Origin: Thermodesulfobacteriota bacterium
GTDB taxonomy: Bacteria; Desulfobacterota; Desulfobulbia; Desulfobulbales; SURF-16
DNA: 42,998 nt
NCBI GenBank assembly: GCA_040755455.1
Contig: JBFMAY010000037.1
Location: 1-42,998, forward strand
Reading direction: 5' to 3'
The stretch's first letter is position 1, and every line of letters starts with the position of its first letter. Both the position numbers and the translations under genes were made by a program. The notes under the pieces were generated by a model. The model saw only the letters and a list, made by a program, of their open reading frames with translations, had not been told where the DNA came from and did no database searches. Shown here one piece after another: positions 9,614 to 19,330 of this stretch.

Positions 9614-11698
9614 TTATTCATTGAGGGTTTCTTCACCAATGACCGTTTTTGCAGCGGGCGGGGTGACAGAGGCAGGGTCTGCCGGCGTCACGGTCACCAG
9701 CAGTTGCGAGACAAACTGGTTCGACCCGGCATCCCCCGCGCCCGCATCGGCAATAACGGCAAAGAAAAAGGTATAGTCACCGGTTGCCAGTTCCGCCGTA
9801 TCCCCCCGGAAAACTGGAGATTCCTCCAGCAGAAAGAGGTTGCCGCGATACAGTTCGGTCTCCTCGCCCACCCATTCGCCCCGCTGGTTCAACCACCTTG
9901 CCTTGCCATCAGGTGCCACATACCAGATTCTGAACACCGCGGGCACGGCGCCGCTGACATGGCCGATGTCCGCCGCCAGCAGCAACTCATTGCCTTTTTT
10001 AAGAAAAAGCCGCCCCTCTTCCCCGTTGCCCAGGATGAGTGGGGCAGGACTGACGCTTGCCGGCAGCTGCGGCCAGCGGACAGGCCAGACATGGAGTTCG
10101 AATGAGCGCGGGTAATTGCGCGGCGTCCCCTCCCGCAGATTAACGGCCCAGGCAAAATAGAGATTTAAGGGATTACTGTCCCGCACCCAGTAGTCGCGGG
10201 CAAGGAGATCGGCAGCGCCCTGGCTGTTCAGCCAGGCGGCTGGCTCACCCTCAGCCCCCTGCAGCAGCTGCCGCATGACGGCCAGATCAGGAAGCTGCCA
10301 GTCGCCATAGCGGGCCGTATAGCTGGCGCATTTCAGCCTGTCGGGTTTCGTATTCAACACCGCCACCGCCTTGCCGGCATTTTCCCAGGTTTCCGGCTGA
10401 AAACATGTCCCGTCATTGAGCCACATAAGACCCGTGATATTATCGGTCACCGTGCCGTCACCATGATCGGTGAATCCCTTCACCGGCCAGACGACCAGCC
10501 GGCTGCCGCCGATGGGTTCAAGCCTGCAGGGATCCTTCATGGCGCCGGCCGTCAGCTCCTCCTCCCTCATCCGGCTCCGGTCCGGCCGACCGGCCGCGGG
10601 TCGCACCGGCCAGACCCCCTGCACCTTGTCCTTTGCCACGGCAAGCAGTTCGCCTGAACCGAGCAGCAGCGCGAAGGCCGCGGCCGGCCTGGAGGGCGCC
10701 GTGGTTGATGTCCAGCAGCGGGAAACCGGGTCGCGGAAGGGATAGCCTTCCGGCAGGGCGGGAAGATCGCGTTGGTGGTCAATAAGACTGCGCAATTCAT
10801 GACGGTTGGGCAGAGACCAGTCTTGGTAGCGGGCCTTGAGCTCCCGGCAGGAAAATGTGGCCGGGTCGCCATTGAAGTCAGCTACTCTCTGCAGGCCGTC
10901 CTGCCAGGCAGCGCTGCCCAGACAGGCGCCATCCTTGAGCCACATCAAGCCGGAAGCCTTATCCGTTACGGTCCCGTCGCCATTGTCAACCAGGCGGCCA
11001 GCCGGTGGCGGCTGGTTCGTTTGCTGCGGCGCGCCCTCACCCGCCGGGGGCGAAGGTTGCCGGACCAGCAGGCAGAAATTGGGGTCAATCTTGCCGGCCA
11101 GCCTGACTTCACCGCTGTCAAAATGAAAGGCCCAGGCGCGATAGGGGTTTGGTCCAGTGGTTCTTGCCCAGTATGCCGCTGCCTGTACATTTTTGAAACG
11201 GTGCCTGTTCAACCAGCCCGGGGCCGATACCTCTTCCCCATGAAACAGCGTCTCAAGCTGGCCGATCTCAGGCAGCATCCAGTCCTGGTGGGCCGCAAGC
11301 CCGGGGCAGCTGCCCTGCTGTTGCCCAGCTCCGCCACCCCCGGCAATGTCCATGGCGCCCTGCCAGCTCAACTGCCCCAGGCAGCTGCCATCCTGCAGCC
11401 ACATAAGGCCGGTGAGACGGTCCGTTACCGTGCCGTCGCCATTGTCGGTGAAACGCGGGTCAGGCCATGCCGCTCCAGCCTGCAGGTCGCCATCCTGGCC
11501 GGTGCCGGCATGGTCAATGGTGGTCCCCTTGCCGTCGTAACAGGTGCGCTGGCCGGTGCGGGGCAATTCCGCGCCAGCGTATCTTGCCGTCACCAAAAAA
11601 AACAGCAGCAGGACCAGCGGGAGCACTGCCGCCAGACGGCCAGAGAAAAATCTGAGATATATCTTGGTCAGCACCAACCTCACACCCCGAGTAGACAT
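9614..11698 (-). CDS. Secreted protein with three DUF1566 (Lcl C-terminal) domains
   Basis: LPRTGQ..CYD..G.......GQDG motif, three copies of (F/L)xDNGDGTVTDxxTGLMW...W.LP...L, and a hydrophobic signal segment. Start moved from 11869 to ATG 11698 because the upstream part overlaps a heptamer-repeat element; the exact start is uncertain. Confidence 0.85.
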   Translation of the reverse strand: MSTRGVRLVLTKIYLRFFSGRLAAVLPLVLLLFFLVTARYAGAELPRTGQRTCYDGKGTTIDHAGTGQDGDLQAGAAWPDPRFTDNGDGTVTDRLTGLMWLQDGSCLGQLSWQGAMDIAGGGGAGQQQGSCPGLAAHQDWMLPEIGQLETLFHGEEVSAPGWLNRHRFKNVQAAAYWARTTGPNPYRAWAFHFDSGEVRLAGKIDPNFCLLVRQPSPPAGEGAPQQTNQPPPAGRLVDNGDGTVTDKASGLMWLKDGACLGSAAWQDGLQRVADFNGDPATFSCRELKARYQDWSLPNRHELRSLIDHQRDLPALPEGYPFRDPVSRCWTSTTAPSRPAAAFALLLGSGELLAVAKDKVQGVWPVRPAAGRPDRSRMREEELTAGAMKDPCRLEPIGGSRLVVWPVKGFTDHGDGTVTDNITGLMWLNDGTCFQPETWENAGKAVAVLNTKPDRLKCASYTARYGDWQLPDLAVMRQLLQGAEGEPAAWLNSQGAADLLARDYWVRDSNPLNLYFAWAVNLREGTPRNYPRSFELHVWPVRWPQLPASVSPAPLILGNGEEGRLFLKKGNELLLAADIGHVSGAVPAVFRIWYVAPDGKARWLNQRGEWVGEETELYRGNLFLLEESPVFRGDTAELATGDYTFFFAVIADAGAGDAGSNQFVSQLLVTVTPADPASVTPPAAKTVIGEETLNE

Positions 11699-11730
11699 TC
11701 GTTTTTCCACAACATGCGGGAACCGGAGGA

Positions 11731-11851
11731 CAGGAGTCGGGAGCCAGAAGTCGGAAGTGAGAAAACAGGGGGATGCAGATGTAAGAAAAACTGATTTTCC
11801 CCGTCTTATTTCCTTAATTCTGTCTCCTGGTTTCTGGCTCCTGCCCCTTCC
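11731..11851. repeat. Inverted pair of heptanucleotide repeat arrays
   Basis: caggagt cgggagc cagaagt cggaagt gagaaaa caggggg (11731-11772) versus attctgt ctcctgg tttctgg ctcctgc cccttcc (11817-11851). Confidence 0.7.
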
Positions 11852-11869
11852 TTTCCAGTCATTTTCCAT

Positions 11870-12298
11870 TTACGGCACCGATAATTTTTCATGGCAGGTG
11901 GTACAGAAAGTCGGCCCGAACGGCCGTCGCAGAAGATAGGCCTGTAGTTCCTCCCCGGCCCTGTTGCCCTCATGGAAAAGATGACAGGTGATGCAGCCGA
12001 TCCGCTTTTTTTCGTCAAGCGGCATATCCGCCGGAATCCTAAACGGCGCAACAACCGATACGGGATGGCGAAACCCGCCGCTGGCCTGCCGGGGCTTGCA
12101 TGAATAGGCCTCATGGCACTGCAGGCAGATATCCTGGATATCGGCATGAAAACGCCGGGCAACCCCTGCCAGGGGCAGGGCCACATGGCAGTCAAGGCAC
12201 CTGACCTGCGAATCATCATGGGGCGCCGCGGCAGACAGGGGTGAACCACTGGCCAGCCAGCTCATGATCAGCAAAAAAAGAGAAAACCGGCGAATCAT
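11870..12298 (-). CDS. Tetraheme cytochrome c, exported
   Basis: Signal peptide; CLDCH, CLQCH, CITCH, CTTCH. Confidence 0.9.
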   Translation of the reverse strand: MIRRFSLFLLIMSWLASGSPLSAAAPHDDSQVRCLDCHVALPLAGVARRFHADIQDICLQCHEAYSCKPRQASGGFRHPVSVVAPFRIPADMPLDEKKRIGCITCHLFHEGNRAGEELQAYLLRRPFGPTFCTTCHEKLSVP

Positions 12299-12858
12299 AA
12301 CTTAAAAACCTGCATCTCGTTTTTCATTATTCGGAGATGGTGCCTGATGCGCTCCGGCACGTTTTCCTCTTCCCCTTCCCGGCCGCACAGATTACTGATT
12401 CTTCCAGCCTGAAATCCCAGGGCGGTAAACCTGCTGTTCATGTCCCGCACCATGTTGTTCACCTCTTCGGCAAATTCCTGGAATTCATCATTTTCCCGCA
12501 ATTTCACCTCACTGCGCAGATCACCGGCGGCTATGCCGCCCAGGCAGCCGGCCATCTTCATGAGCGGCCCGTCGATCCTGGCAAAAATCCGGCGGGCGGT
12601 AATGACAAAAAGCAGCACGACAATAAGGGCGGTAAGCAATGTGGTGATAACCATTTCCTCCAGCAGCAGATGGCCCATGGCTATCTCGGGCAGACGCATG
12701 GCGTAGAGGGTGGCCTCCAGTTTCTGCCGGGCAAAATACCTGAAACAGCAAACCGCCACCACCCCGCCGGCCAGGGAGGCGACGGAGAACCCGACGATAA
12801 ACCGGCCCTGGGCAACCTTATCGATAAAATAATTTCTTCTTTTAAAAACCTGCGTCAT
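12295..12858 (-). CDS. Two-TM HAMP-domain inner-membrane protein without an output domain
   Basis: RBS AAGGAG before ATG 12858. KRRNYFIDK N-terminus, two hydrophobic helices, HAMP-like GPL.KM......IAAGDL...VKLRENDEFQEFAEEVNNM. Confidence 0.8.
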   Translation of the reverse strand: MTQVFKRRNYFIDKVAQGRFIVGFSVASLAGGVVAVCCFRYFARQKLEATLYAMRLPEIAMGHLLLEEMVITTLLTALIVVLLFVITARRIFARIDGPLMKMAGCLGGIAAGDLRSEVKLRENDEFQEFAEEVNNMVRDMNSRFTALGFQAGRISNLCGREGEEENVPERIRHHLRIMKNEMQVFKL

Positions 12859-12933
12859 CTGTTCTCCTTGTAAATCAATGAGGTGAGGAGAAAAAATCTT
12901 GCCATGCAATTCACTTGGGCGGCCCGTTTTTCA

Positions 12934-12982
12934 GCCCCCTGCCTCCTGCCTTCCCCTTTTTGCCTTTTGCCTTATGCCTTCT
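12934..12982. repeat. Heptanucleotide tandem repeat (GCCTTNT-type)
   Basis: gccccct gcctcct gccttcc ccttttt gcctttt gccttat gccttct. Confidence 0.7.
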
Positions 12983-13812
12983 CACTCATCCATCTGATGG
13001 CAGGCAAAACAGAGGGCGCTGCGCTCATTGCTCATCACCAGATCCTTGTCAAGATGGGAATAGGGGTTATGGCAGGTACCGCAACCCAGCCTGCCGTCAT
13101 ACAGCTGGATCCGGGGATCAACCATGGCCAGGGGCCGCAGGTCCGTTTTCCGGCCATGCTTTGCGCGGGCCTCTTCATAATCGATGCCGATTGGATGCTT
13201 GCGGTCAAGCCCCACCCCGGCGGAAGCATAATTGCCGCCATGCTGCCAGACCCCGCTGGAGATGGACACCGATGAGCCATAGGTGCCGTCATGGCAGGAA
13301 ATACAGTTTTTCGAAGTTTCATCAAGCTCCTGCCCGTAACCGGTCGAGATATATTTCGACTGGAAATGCGCCTCACCGAGACCCAGTTCGTGGCCGCCGC
13401 CGGCCAGGGTGGCCTGGCTGTGGCAGCCGGCGCAGAAGGCCCGGCCCCGTTCCTGGCGCCGCAGAAAATACGTTTTTTGCCCCAGCGTGTCGATATGGGC
13501 GGAATGCACGCCATGACAGGTGGTGCAGACAATCATCCCTGACCGGGCCAGGGGAAAGTCCCTGGGAATACGCACCTGCACGGGACGCACATCAACCGGA
13601 TGCATGAAGCCCGAACGCAGGATGTCGCCATGACAGCCGGTACAGGCCACGGTCGAACCCTCCGGCAGCAGCGAGCTGGCGGCGGCGGGGTCGCCCCGGT
13701 GACACATGCCGCATTCGCTCTCCGCAAAATCATGGGGACTCCGCTCCAGACAATAAACAAGCAGCGACAGGCCGCCGAGAAAAAGCAGGAAAAAAAGAAC
13801 TGACCTTTTCAT
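12982..13812 (-). CDS. Heptaheme cytochrome c with N-terminal membrane anchor or signal
   Basis: 7 CxxCH (CGMCH, CTGCH, CTTCH, CAGCH, CISCH, CGTCH, CFACH). Start is ATG 13812 or TTG 13824. Confidence 0.9.
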   Translation of the reverse strand: MKRSVLFFLLFLGGLSLLVYCLERSPHDFAESECGMCHRGDPAAASSLLPEGSTVACTGCHGDILRSGFMHPVDVRPVQVRIPRDFPLARSGMIVCTTCHGVHSAHIDTLGQKTYFLRRQERGRAFCAGCHSQATLAGGGHELGLGEAHFQSKYISTGYGQELDETSKNCISCHDGTYGSSVSISSGVWQHGGNYASAGVGLDRKHPIGIDYEEARAKHGRKTDLRPLAMVDPRIQLYDGRLGCGTCHNPYSHLDKDLVMSNERSALCFACHQMDE

Positions 13813-13824
13813 GGCACGGGGCAA

Positions 13825-14391
13825 TTACAGCCTGTATCGGGCGATGAGCGCGGCAATTCTCTCCGCCCCATCCCTGATTGCATCGATCGCCGCCCGGCGG
13901 TCCTGGGCTTTTTCCAGCAGCTCCGCCTGTTTTTCCAGCGCCTCCATCTCTCCCCTGATCCCGGTCAGCGTCTGCCGGAAATTGTCACTCATCCGGTTCA
14001 TTTCCACGGCCAGGGGATGGACCGCGTCGGTCTGGCGCAGGGTGACCTGAGCGCTCACCTCCCCTTTAGCGATCCGGCCGGCAAAAAGACGCAGACGATA
14101 AACAGGTCCGGCCACCCGGTGCGAATAGAGCATGGTGCTGACCGCGATACAGCCCAGCACCACCAACACCGTGCAGCCGTATATGGCAAGGGATTTGTAG
14201 AAGATATCCCGGTTGAGCTGGGCCAGCATGCGGAAACCTTCTCCATACGTCGGGCCGATGGGCTGGCGCATCAGCAGAAAAAAAATACCGGCCGTGACCA
14301 GCAGGCCGGCAATAAAAATCAGGGCGCAGCGGATAACCATCATGCGCAGGTATGATCGGTCAATGACCTGATGAGACCGTGCATCACTCAT
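13825..14391 (-). CDS. Two-TM HAMP-domain inner-membrane protein without an output domain
   Basis: Two TM helices, SHRVAGPVYRL.....RIAKGE.....LRQTD....LA.EMN.M HAMP, short coiled coil. Confidence 0.8.
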   Translation of the reverse strand: MSDARSHQVIDRSYLRMMVIRCALIFIAGLLVTAGIFFLLMRQPIGPTYGEGFRMLAQLNRDIFYKSLAIYGCTVLVVLGCIAVSTMLYSHRVAGPVYRLRLFAGRIAKGEVSAQVTLRQTDAVHPLAVEMNRMSDNFRQTLTGIRGEMEALEKQAELLEKAQDRRAAIDAIRDGAERIAALIARYRL

Positions 14392-14402
14392 AATTCATTA
14401 CC

Positions 14403-15140
14403 TTATTTGTTCTTTTCCGTGTCCGGGCTTGCTGTCGGCACCGGCACCGGCTGCGCCGGTCTTGCCTGGCGGTCATACTGCCGGGTCGCATGGCAGCCGG
14501 GTGAGCAGCTGCCGCCGTTTTCCGTCATCCTGAAATTGACCGGCATCCGCCAGTTGCCGAATGAAACCCGGTCCGCCATCATTTTCGGCTGCTCCGCCCC
14601 GTGCGTTTCATGGCAGAGTTTGCAGCTCCTGCCCCGGTTGGCCTTGTTGACGTGGAGATAGTGGAGGTTGCTGGTTCCATTGCGGAAGCGGGTCGAATAG
14701 GAGGTATCCGGGAACATGAGCAGATCCCTCTTGTGGCAGGAGAAGCAGAACTTGTATGCCTCGGCGTCATAGTTGATGAACGGTTTATCCGAGTAGCCGG
14801 CCGGCAGCAGTTTCCTTGCCATGTCGCCATGGGGGTCATGACAGAGATGACAGCCCGACCTGGTAACAGGCGAATGCATATGGCGACGGCCAAGCACGCC
14901 GTCATGGCAGGAGACGCACATATCCTCCTGCAGAGCAGGGGGCGGCGGCGCACCGCCCTTGGCATGCTTATCCTCGCTGTCGATATGGCAGGCTAGACAC
15001 TGGGCCTCAGCGGGATGGGTCTGCTTGTTCTCCGTAAAGCCGGCATGGCACTGGTCTGTGACACAGCCCGTCTGGGCAATGGCACGGCCGGCGGACACAA
15101 CAAGCGCAATAATGATCATGCTGAAAAATAATGGTCGCAT
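14403..15140 (-). CDS. Multiheme cytochrome c (5 CxxCH + CX4CH + CX3CH)
   Basis: Real start is near ATG 15140 (MRPLFFSMIIIALVVSAGRAIA signal). FCFSCH...FRNG..NLHYLHV....GRSCKLCH...GGSCSPGCH module, paralogous to the C-terminus of 15810..17213. Confidence 0.88.
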   Translation of the reverse strand: MRPLFFSMIIIALVVSAGRAIAQTGCVTDQCHAGFTENKQTHPAEAQCLACHIDSEDKHAKGGAPPPPALQEDMCVSCHDGVLGRRHMHSPVTRSGCHLCHDPHGDMARKLLPAGYSDKPFINYDAEAYKFCFSCHKRDLLMFPDTSYSTRFRNGTSNLHYLHVNKANRGRSCKLCHETHGAEQPKMMADRVSFGNWRMPVNFRMTENGGSCSPGCHATRQYDRQARPAQPVPVPTASPDTEKNK

Positions 15141-15216
15141 AGGCTGAAAATTCACCTTGATAATTCCACCACCAAAATGACCGCTGCCGGAGTTTTCCCT
15201 GCCCATTCCCGGCGGA

Positions 15217-15813
15217 TTATTTGAGGAAATAGGGGGTGTCCCCCCCATGGGCATCATGGCAGTTGACGCATTCCATATTGTGCTGCATGACCAGTTTATG
15301 CATCTGCGAGGCCAGCCGCTCCTCCTGGTGGCATTTGGCGCAGATCTCGCTGACGCTCTCCTGCAGCAGGGACTTGTTCTTTGAACTGTGCGGCAGATGG
15401 CAGGCCAGGCAGTCCCGCACCGACACCGGGCCATGGATGTATTTCCCTTTGACAAAGCCCGTATGGCAGGTCTCGCACAGCTGATCAGCCGGGTAAAGGA
15501 GCAGATTCTTCTTTTTGAAGTCATGGCAGCCCTGGCAGTTTTTTTCCGCATAGGGCGGATGGCTCGAACCGACGGCCACCGCCTTTTCCTCCTCAATGGA
15601 GCCGGCCGCGGCCTCGGCCAGCCGCTCCTCGTAATAGGTGTTGAAGATATCCCCCATGTTATCCTTGCACAGCTGCTCGAGGGGCGGCAGATCGGGCACC
15701 CCGTCAAAGACATTGGTCAGCCTTTTATGGTTGATGAGGGGATCGCTGGAGCAGCCGGCCAAAGCCAGCAATGCTCCGCAGACTGGTGGAAATAAGAGTA
15801 ATAGCCGTTTCAT
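15217..15813 (-). CDS. Pentaheme cytochrome c lipoprotein
   Basis: Lipobox LAGC; CQGCH, CETCH, CLACH, CAKCH, CVNCH. Confidence 0.9.
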   Translation of the reverse strand: MKRLLLLFPPVCGALLALAGCSSDPLINHKRLTNVFDGVPDLPPLEQLCKDNMGDIFNTYYEERLAEAAAGSIEEEKAVAVGSSHPPYAEKNCQGCHDFKKKNLLLYPADQLCETCHTGFVKGKYIHGPVSVRDCLACHLPHSSKNKSLLQESVSEICAKCHQEERLASQMHKLVMQHNMECVNCHDAHGGDTPYFLK

Positions 15814-17213
15814 GGTGTTATCTGCTCGGTATCGAGTGGCTCAACTTCCAGTGACTCCTGGTTCACCGCCGGTGGTTTGCCGTCTTTCTTTTCCTTACCG
15901 GCAGGCTGTTGTTGTGCTGCCTGCCCTTTTGCCGCCGCGGGTTTGCTGTAATCAACCGGGGTCTTCCGGTCGTAATCCAGTGAACGATGGCAGCCGGGCA
16001 CGCACCCGCCACCCGTATCGGTGGCCGCGAACCTGATGGGGATCTTCCATTTACCGAAGGGAATCCCTTCCGGATTGATCAGTTTCTGACCATTGCTGGC
16101 ATGGACGCTATGGCAGGCCAAACAGGTGCGGCCCTTCTGCTTTCTGACCACATGGCGGTAATGGAGGTTGTCCGTGCCGTTACGAAAACCGGTCTGCTCC
16201 TTTACCGGCTGGGCGGTGAGCAGCTCCTTGTCGTGGCACTGAAAACAGAAATCATATTCATCCGGCTGATAAGGGGCGTAAAAGGTCCGCGGGAACGGCC
16301 CGGCCAGCAGACTGGCGAAGTTGCTGCCATGGACATCATGGCATTCGCCGCATTGTCCTTCGCCCACCGGTCCATGCACCACCGCTTTGCCTTCTATCTG
16401 CGCCCGGATGTTGGTGGGGGCATCGGAGCGGCCCGGATCATCCTGGCCATGACAGCTGTAGCAGAGCTCAGACCCTTGCCTGACAAGCAAAGCGGGATAC
16501 GGGGAAAAATGGGCAAAATGACAGTTACCGCAGCGCTGCCGGACATACAGGGCCTTATGCTTGTTCAGGGATGAGTCGTATTTGTCTTTGATATTCCCAT
16601 GGCAGCCGAAGCAGAGTTTGATGCTGTCCCCTTTCAGCAGGCTGGGCTGGTCGCTGCTGTGGGGCAGATGGCAGGCGCCGCAGTCAAGCTTGCGGATAGC
16701 GGTATGCAGATGGGCGGCCTCCTCCATGCTCGCCGCGAAATCCTGGTGGCAATCAAGGCACAACTCCTTCAGCGGCATTTTGAGCAAGCCCTGCTGGTCG
16801 GAACTGTGCGGGTCATGGCAGGCGGTGCAGGCCCCGGAGGCCGCCGGGCCATGTTGCCGCTGGCCGGTGAATCCCGCCTGCTCATGACACTGAAAACAGA
16901 GGGCGCCGCCTTCCGCCGCCGGGGTGAAATCCTGCCCGGCTGGGGACGGGTGTTGCTGGTTAACCTGGCGGTGGCAGGACAGACAGTCATCCCCGGCAAC
17001 AGGGGCATGGACAACCTGTTTGGCCCTGATGGCGGCGTGACAGCCGTTGGCCAGACAGCTGTCGGCCCGGCAGTCATTCACCGCTGCGGCAAAAAGGAAA
17101 AGAGCGCAAACCGCCAGGACCCGGAGAGTCAAAGAAAAGGGATAACTTCCCTGGCCCGCCGGGCCGTTATGATGAGCCAACATCTGCATTATTGTCGCTT
17201 TGTCACAGTACAT
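15810..17213 (-). CDS. Multiheme cytochrome c (11 CxxCH + CX4CH + CX3CH; doubled-CXXCH repeats)
   Basis: Repeating H.P...C..CH.PH.S....LL......LC..CH units and a hydrophobic signal segment. Confidence 0.92.
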   Translation of the reverse strand: MYCDKATIMQMLAHHNGPAGQGSYPFSLTLRVLAVCALFLFAAAVNDCRADSCLANGCHAAIRAKQVVHAPVAGDDCLSCHRQVNQQHPSPAGQDFTPAAEGGALCFQCHEQAGFTGQRQHGPAASGACTACHDPHSSDQQGLLKMPLKELCLDCHQDFAASMEEAAHLHTAIRKLDCGACHLPHSSDQPSLLKGDSIKLCFGCHGNIKDKYDSSLNKHKALYVRQRCGNCHFAHFSPYPALLVRQGSELCYSCHGQDDPGRSDAPTNIRAQIEGKAVVHGPVGEGQCGECHDVHGSNFASLLAGPFPRTFYAPYQPDEYDFCFQCHDKELLTAQPVKEQTGFRNGTDNLHYRHVVRKQKGRTCLACHSVHASNGQKLINPEGIPFGKWKIPIRFAATDTGGGCVPGCHRSLDYDRKTPVDYSKPAAAKGQAAQQQPAGKEKKDGKPPAVNQESLEVEPLDTEQITP

Positions 17214-17228
17214 GCCGCGTCTTCTTCA

Positions 17229-18065
17229 TTATTCTTTTGCGAATTTATTTTTACTGGCCTTGGTCGCCCACAGCTCATGGGCCACTCCATGGCAATCGCC
17301 GCATTCCTTGAACTGCCCCAAGATTTCACGGGGGTGCGGCACCCCATGGCAATCCTGGCAGCGGGGAATCATGGCATGTCGTCCGGCATGACACTGGGCG
17401 CAAGGCACCTCCCTGTGCTTCGACCAGGTTGCCGCCATGGTCTGGTAAGCGCCCTTATGACAGGAGCCGCAGTCTTCGGAAACAATATTCTCGCCATATG
17501 CCACCACCAGAGGCATGTGGGCCTGGTGGCAGCCCCGGCAGCTGTCGCGTCCCATGGTATCGGCATGGGGCAGATGACAGTTCTGGCAGGGCTGGATCTG
17601 GCCATGGAAGGTGTGGCAGGCCGAACAGGCCAGTTTGCTGTGAATGCTCGGGTTGGCCAGCAGCTGTTCACTCTGTTTTGTATGGCATGTCAGACAGGGC
17701 GCGGTTATATCCCGCCTGAAGCTGATCTCCAGCGGTTGATGCGGGTCAAGATGACATTCGATGCAGCCGGGCAATGCAAAATGAGGCCCGTCCCGATGGC
17801 AGCGGCCGCAGGAAGGGACGATCTCCATGTCTGCCGGCGGATGCCCCTGATGGCAATCCATGCAGAGCGGCCGGTGGGCCTCGCCCTTGCGCTGCAGGGT
17901 AAGGACAATGCCGTCATGGCACTTGACGCAATCCCCGGCGCTGACAGTAGCCTGAACGGCGGCATTGTGCTGCCCCTGGGCCGCCACTGGCCGTGAAAAC
18001 TGGACAATTATGAACCCGCATATGCCGAAGATGATAAAGAGATTGATAATATTTTTCAGATTCAT
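17229..18065 (-). CDS. Dodecaheme periplasmic cytochrome c
   Basis: 12 CxxCH in about 230 aa, N-terminal signal or anchor. Confidence 0.92.
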   Translation of the reverse strand: MNLKNIINLFIIFGICGFIIVQFSRPVAAQGQHNAAVQATVSAGDCVKCHDGIVLTLQRKGEAHRPLCMDCHQGHPPADMEIVPSCGRCHRDGPHFALPGCIECHLDPHQPLEISFRRDITAPCLTCHTKQSEQLLANPSIHSKLACSACHTFHGQIQPCQNCHLPHADTMGRDSCRGCHQAHMPLVVAYGENIVSEDCGSCHKGAYQTMAATWSKHREVPCAQCHAGRHAMIPRCQDCHGVPHPREILGQFKECGDCHGVAHELWATKASKNKFAKE

Positions 18066-18303
18066 CTGTTTTGATTGTTGACAAAAAAATTTAGTGATGT
18101 CAAGTTATCAAAATAATATTCATGTCACAGTGTTATCGTGATTTTTTTCACTACCGGACGCCGCTGGCCTCGCAAGAAATAGGCACGGTCATCGGCGTAG
18201 TGGTTCCCCATGATTTGCTCTTCACCGGTTGCTGCGGCCAGAGGTTTTTCCAGGATCAGCAATTTGCACTGTGCAACATCCCCGACCTGTTTGGTGCGTT
18301 AAC

Positions 18304-19281
18304 ATGAAAAAAACCACATACTCCCTGCTGGTTGCCACCCTGCTGCTGGCAGGGGGCTGCTCCTTGATCCAGCCGAACAAGCAGCAAGACGATAATGCCC
18401 CGGCGGCAAAAAAAATCTCCGGCAGATGCACTGCCGGAGATTGCCAGACCGGCCAGGGAACCTGGCTCTATGACGACGGCAGCCGTTATGAGGGAACTTT
18501 TGTCGCCGGCAAACCAAGCGGCACAGGGGTCCTTTTTCTCCCATCCGGTTCCAGGTATGAAGGCAGCTTCAAATACGGCCAGTATGATGGCGGAGGCTAC
18601 GTCCTCTTTGCCGACGGCACCGATGCGGAATGCGAACGGGGCAACTGCGTCACCGGCCGCGGCATCATGCTCTGGGCTGACGGAACCCGTTACAGCGGCG
18701 AATTCAAAAATGAAATCCGCGCAGGTTTCGGCGGCATGGAATACGATGACGGCACCACCTATTCAGGCAATTTCGCCGACAACAGCTACCAGGGTGAAGG
18801 CACCCTCACGCATCCCGATGGCACCGAATACCGCGGCGAATTCAAAAACGGCCTGTTCAACGGCGAGATGCGGGTCAGTTTTCCCTCCAAGCACCTGTAT
18901 CTCGGCCAGTTTAAAAACGGCGAGGCGGTTGACGGCCAGGGCCGGATCACCTTTCCCAACAACACCAAAGGCACCTGCATCAAAGGCAACTGCATCGATG
19001 GAGAAGGCACCTTGGAGCTGGAAGACGGTTCTGTTTACACCGGCCATTTTGTCAACTGCAGCCGTCACGGCTATGGCATCGACACCCTGGCCAGCGGGGC
19101 AAAGTATGCAGGAGAATACCGCTCCGGCAGACGCCATGGCCGCGGCATTTTCACCTTTGCCAGCGGACTCACCTTCGAAGGAACATACAAGGACGGCAAA
19201 CGCCACGGGGAAGGCGTCTTCACCTTCCCCAACGGCCATACGAATAAGGTTCTCTTCCTTGACGGAGAAATGGTCAAGTAA
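18304..19281 (+). CDS. MORN-repeat lipoprotein
   Basis: MKKTTYSLLVATLLLAGGC lipoprotein signal; many YxGxFxxGxxxGxG repeats interspersed with CxxGxC motifs. Confidence 0.9.
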   Translation: MKKTTYSLLVATLLLAGGCSLIQPNKQQDDNAPAAKKISGRCTAGDCQTGQGTWLYDDGSRYEGTFVAGKPSGTGVLFLPSGSRYEGSFKYGQYDGGGYVLFADGTDAECERGNCVTGRGIMLWADGTRYSGEFKNEIRAGFGGMEYDDGTTYSGNFADNSYQGEGTLTHPDGTEYRGEFKNGLFNGEMRVSFPSKHLYLGQFKNGEAVDGQGRITFPNNTKGTCIKGNCIDGEGTLELEDGSVYTGHFVNCSRHGYGIDTLASGAKYAGEYRSGRRHGRGIFTFASGLTFEGTYKDGKRHGEGVFTFPNGHTNKVLFLDGEMVK

Positions 19282-19318
19282 ACGTTCCAACGCTTAAGCG
19301 GTTAAACGTTGGAACGTT
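19281..19318. repeat. Octamer-periodic palindrome between convergent genes (possible terminator)
   Basis: AACGTTCCAACG...CGTTGGAACGTT; units aacgttcc aacgctta agcggtta aacgttgg. Confidence 0.6.
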
Positions 19319-19330
19319 CGCGCCATTCTC

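Noticed and set aside
15141..15713. N-terminal extension of the 436-aa ORF
   Set aside because: It overlaps the real pentaheme lipoprotein gene in another frame; the signal peptide begins near 15140.
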